Shown: in pieces, positions 34,741 to 38,600 of the stretch
Layout of the letters: the number at the start of each line of letters is the position of its first letter
Position numbering within the stretch: position 1 is the stretch's first letter
Origin: Malacoraja senta
Lineage: Eukaryota
Direction of reading: 5' to 3'
Assembly (NCBI GenBank): GCA_038087875.1
Contig: JAXLNO010000235.1
Coordinates: forward strand, 372,001-410,600
Length of the DNA stretch: 38,600 nt
The notes under the pieces: generated by a model
What the model saw: only the letters and a program-made list of their open reading frames with translations
What the model was told of the DNA's origin: nothing
Databases searched by the model: none
Translations under genes and position numbers: made by a program

Positions 34741-35652
34741 GGTCTACTTGGGGTTCACTTTTAACTTAGTTCACATGTCGGTAACTTTACCAAAGGACAA
34801 GGTAACAGACTTAACTGAGGCCTGCAACAACATCATTGACATCAGTGAACCATTTATTTGACTGGTAGCAAGGGTAATTGGCAATTTGTGGCTGCTTTTC
34901 CAGCCACACAGTTTTGACCTTTGTATTACCAAAAAATTAAAAAAGGGCAAAGGTACAAGCACTCAAAATCAATACTGGTCATTTCGAAAGGCCAATGAAG
35001 CTACCAATCAAAGCAATTACGGAATTACAATGGTGGATGGAAAACATTCGGCATTGTTCCAGCCCTATCATTGTCAGCAACCATTCAGTGATGCTGCAAT
35101 GATGCCAGTGCTCATGGTTGGGGTGCTACTAATTCCCTCTCTAGTTGTGGAGGTAGATGGGATGCACAAGAGGCATCATTACTTCAGATACATGGCATAA
35201 ACTACTTGGAAAGTAGTTCTATGGTCCAAAATCATGCTGTTCAGAAATGCATCACCTGCACGTTAGACTACAGATTGATAACACCACCGTGGTGGCATAT
35301 ATTAACTATATGGGTGAAATCAAATCGGTATCATGTGATAATCCGGCTAACATAATTTGGCAATGGTGTATTCAGAAAAGTATTTGGATATCAGCTAGTT
35401 GCCTACCAGATAACCTCAAATTCAGTGGCAGACAACAGGTCACGCAAATTCAATGACAACATCGAATGGATGTTGGACCGCAAAGTGTTTGCTGATACTG
35501 TAGCACGATATGAAACACCAGATATCGATCTATTTGCATCTCGGCTTAATCATCAGTTGCTAAACTATGTTTCTTGGGAATCAGACACTGGGGCATCAGC
35601 GATGGATGCCTTCTCGCTGCATTGGGGCGAATTGTTTTTTCTATGCATTTCC
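34741..35652 (+). pseudogene. DIRS-type RT end, RNase H and methyltransferase-like domain, degenerate
   Basis: YLGF resumes the RT; DASAHGWG, DNTTVVAYIN, ADNRSR (RNase H); IDLFAS...DAFSLHW (DIRS1 MT-like). Confidence 0.85.
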
Positions 35653-35669
35653 TGCATGTTAGACTACAG

Positions 35670-36425
35670 ATTGGCCGATTAGGAAATGGGGAGATGCAGC
35701 GAGACCTGGGTGTCATGGTACACCAGTCATTGAAAGTAGGCATGCAGGTGCAGCAGGCAGTGAAGAAAGCGAATGGTATGTTGGCCTTCATGGCAAGAGG
35801 ATTTGAGTATAGGAGCAGAGAGGTTCTACTGCAGTTGTACAGGGTCTTGGTGAGACCACACCTGGAGTATTGCGTACAGTTTTGGTCTCCAAATCTGAGG
35901 AAGGACATTATAGCCATAGAGGGAGTGCAGAGAAGGTTCACCAGATTCCTGGGATGTCAGGACTTTCATATGAAGAAAGACTGGATAGACTTGGCTTATA
36001 CTCGCTAGAATTTAGGAGATTGAGAGGGGATCTTATAGAAACGTACAAAATTCTTATGGGGTTGGACAGGCTAGATGCAGGAAGATTGTTCCCGATGTTG
36101 GGGAAGTCCAGGACAAGGGGTCACAGCTTAAGGATAAGGGGGAAATCCTTTAAGACCGAGATGAGGAAAAACTTTTTCACACGGAGAGTGGTGAATCTCT
36201 GGAACTCTCTGCCACAGAGGGTAGTTGAGGCCAGTTCATTGGCTATATTTAAGAGGGAGTTAGATGTGGCCCTTGTGGCTAAAGGGATCAGGGGGGTATG
36301 GAGAGAAGGCAGGTACAGGATACTGAGTTGGATGATCAGCCATGATCATATTGAATGGCGGTGCAGGCTCGAAGGGCCGAATGGCCTACTCCTGGACCTA
36401 TTTTCTATGTATCTATGTATCTATG
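35670..36425 (+). mobile_element. CR1 3' fragment inserted in the DIRS element
   Basis: Nearly identical to the reverse complement of 31467-32222; TATGTATC tail. Confidence 0.92.
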
Positions 36426-37050
36426 AAACGACCAGATTTGTTGGTTCATCCCGTAATGGGGGGAAAGCCATCCATGCCATAATAGGACAAATTTGCCGAT
36501 TTGTAGAATCTTAAGAAACCATTTCTGGACCTGGGACCAACGGACCGAACAATGAACAAGGAATTGGGAGAAACTGTTCAAGGAACATCACTTACTGTAC
36601 GACGAACATAACCTCTGTGCTGGAATTCCTGGCTAGCCCCACTATGATGAGGTGCTCAGTTATAGTGCCATAAACTGCGCCAGAAGTACCCTTACAGCAT
36701 ATATGTGGCAAAGATCAGAGCATCATTCTGTCGGGACCCACCCCTGGTAACTAAACTTATGGGGGATATTTTAATATTAACCCCCAAGGACAAGTTATTC
36801 CCAAATATGGGATGTGAGTATAGTCCTAACATTACTGAGGAATTGGTCACCAGCAACAGCTTTGCCCTGCATAGACTAACATATAAAATAGTCATGCGAT
36901 GGCATTGGTCTCAGCACATAGAGTTCAGTCGTTACATAAACTAAGGCTGGATAGTATCACCACTTCAACGAGTAAAATAACCTTTTACATCCACGAATTA
37001 GTTAAACAACAGACCGGGAACGTCAGGCCTCTCAATCGAATTCAGAGCAT
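36426..37050 (+). pseudogene. DIRS-type tyrosine recombinase N-terminal part, truncated
   Basis: VLEFL...SYSAINCARS, HPLVTKLM, ALVSAHRVQSL (first catalytic Arg box) and ELVKQ. The C-terminal HxxR/Y region is absent. Confidence 0.75.
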
Positions 37051-37133
37051 TCTGGTTTCCAGAGGGCAAGTATGGAGTTTGTGGGCGGAATGGATTTTTG
37101 GGCTGGCAGCTCAGTCACAGGCCTGTAATGGCA

Positions 37134-37348
37134 GAGGGGCACCAAAATGCTTAGTGTTGCTGAAGACATCTGGAAGAGTTCTGTCCACAACTTCAAAGCA
37201 TTCTCTCCTAATCATTGGACATTCATCCCAAACAATGACTCACTTGCCTCGTGAAATGTGCCGTCTTAGAGTTCTGCTCGATGTTGCACAATGTATCCTC
37301 GGCCACTTGGATGGGTATCTTGAATCGAGACTGTGTAGTTCTTCCACC
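37134..37348 (-). pseudogene. Helitron/PIF1-family helicase fragment
   Basis: GGRTTQSRFKIPI...CNI, then a frameshift, then VIVWDECPM...FEVVDRTL...FGAP. Matches PIF1 motifs GGRTAHSRFKIP and IIWDE (Walker B). Confidence 0.8.
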
Positions 37349-38600
37349 AAGTGCAGACCCGTTGGGTCTGTTCCCCCAACGTGTGGTTGTGGGGGGGGGA
37401 GCTGGGGGGCGGCATGCGGCGTCACATGCACTAACTACCCCCCCGCACACGCTAACTACCCCCCTTGATATTATATTAATATTAGTAATTTGCTCCTTAT
37501 ACCCCATAATCGCCCTATCTACTGATGCATAGCCCCCAACTCGCAGGCGCGTCTAGAGAGGGAGGGGGGGTAGAGAGTGAGGGCAGAGAGAGAATGGGGA
37601 GAGACAGAGAGGCAGAGACAGAAGAGCAAGAGACAGAGGGAGAGGGGGGTGGAGGGGAGGAGGAGAGGGAGGTTGGGTGAGGGAGGAGGGGTGAGAGAGA
37701 TGGGAGAGAGAGGGGAGGAGAAAGAGGGGCTGAGAGGAGGAAGGGTAGGGGGGAGAGGGGGAGGGCAGGGAGGGGGAGAGGTGGGGGGAAGGGAGGGGAG
37801 AGGGGAGGGAAGGGGGTAGGTAGGGGGTAGAGGGAAGGGGGTAGGAGAGGGGTGGAGGGGAGGGAAAAGGGGGGTTTAGGAGAGGGAGGGTGGGGAAGGG
37901 CAGGGGGTTGGGGGAGAGGAAGGGGAGAGAGAGATAGAGAGAGAGGGAGGGGAGAGAGAGGGGGGGAGAGAGAGGGAGGGAGAGGGAGAGAGAGAGAGGG
38001 GGAGAGAGAGAGAGGAGAGAGAGAGAGAGGGAAGCGAGGGGGAGATAGAGAGCGGTGAGAGAGAGGGGGAGAGAGAGAGAGAGAGGGGGTGGGAGAGAGA
38101 GGGGGAGAGAGAGAGGAGAGAGAGAGGGGGGGAGAGAGAGGGGAGAGAAAGAGAGAGGAGGGGGGCTTCTGACTCTCTGGAAACCCACAGCTGGAATGGG
38201 CGGGCGGGGCTTCACGAGCTGCGCCGACAGTGAGGAGACGTTTCATCGTGTGAGGCGCCTCTGAGCTCGAGATCTGCAGATCAAAGATCCTATAGCGGAG
38301 CTGAGCTGTAGAATCTTTGTTCTGCAGAACTTTCCCGATCTTTCTGCACTTTTTGAAGAACGAGGGGGGGGGGGGAAGGTTGGGCTAACGTACCTCGTGG
38401 AAAACTGTGCATGCGCGTTTACAGCAGCTGCATTAATCCAGAGCGGAGGGGGGGTGGGGCCACGAGGAAAAGCATTGTGAGGTCAGCAGCTGGGCAATTT
38501 TAATATTTTTTAAAACTCAGTTAAAACTGGGGAGAGAGAGAAGGGGGGGAGTGGGGGAAAGGCACGGGGTGGAAGGGAGGGAGGGAGGGAGGGGGGAGAG
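37346..38600 (-). mobile_element. Probable non-autonomous Helitron-like repeat with subterminal hairpin and GA-rich interior
   Basis: Hairpin CAGACCC-GTT-GGGTCTG at 37354-37370 adjacent to the helicase fragment. The extent to the right is inferred. Confidence 0.45.
37553..38166. repeat. Polypurine (GA/G-rich) low-complexity tract
   Basis: About 600 bp almost entirely G and A, with (GA)n and G-runs. Confidence 0.95.

Noticed and set aside
35480..35650. Methyltransferase-like motifs as a bacterial Dam or restriction-modification gene
   Set aside because: This is the known MT-like domain following RNase H in DIRS1-type retroelements.
35574..36514. 144-aa and 214-aa ORFs
   Set aside because: DIRS/CR1 junction read-through and a frameshifted CR1 fragment.
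37515..38264. Long Pro/Ser/Leu- and Gly/Arg/Glu-rich ORFs
   Set aside because: Stop-free translation of GA low-complexity sequence.

Overview
This is eukaryotic, very repeat-rich DNA. A cartilaginous fish (skate or ray) is the most likely source, inferred from the CR1, Penelope and V-SINE repeat set and the GPCR type. The only host gene is a two-exon, minus-strand GPR139/GPR142-like class A GPCR (exons 7149-6981 and 4468-3576) with one in-frame stop. Almost everything else is nested transposable elements. These are: (1) a Gypsy-type LTR pair whose gag runs in frame into a Penelope RT; (2) a head-to-head palindromic Penelope-like insertion with hammerhead-ribozyme cores near both ends and a 15-bp TSD; (3) a decayed DIRS-type tyrosine-recombinase retroelement hosting a TIR element, which in turn hosts a full-length L1 with two intact ORFs; (4) a CR1 whose ORF2 is complete except for one stop; (5) fragments of Rex1/Babar, RTE-X-like, V-SINE, Harbinger-like and Helitron elements. 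There are no prokaryotic features, CRISPR arrays, rRNA or tRNA genes. I cannot support a wholly new biological system. The best candidates for novelty are the LTR-gag::Penelope RT fusion, the palindromic ribozyme-flanked Penelope, the unclassified GTAG...CTAC element and the Helitron hairpin-helicase junction. All family assignments come from motif recognition by eye, not database searches.
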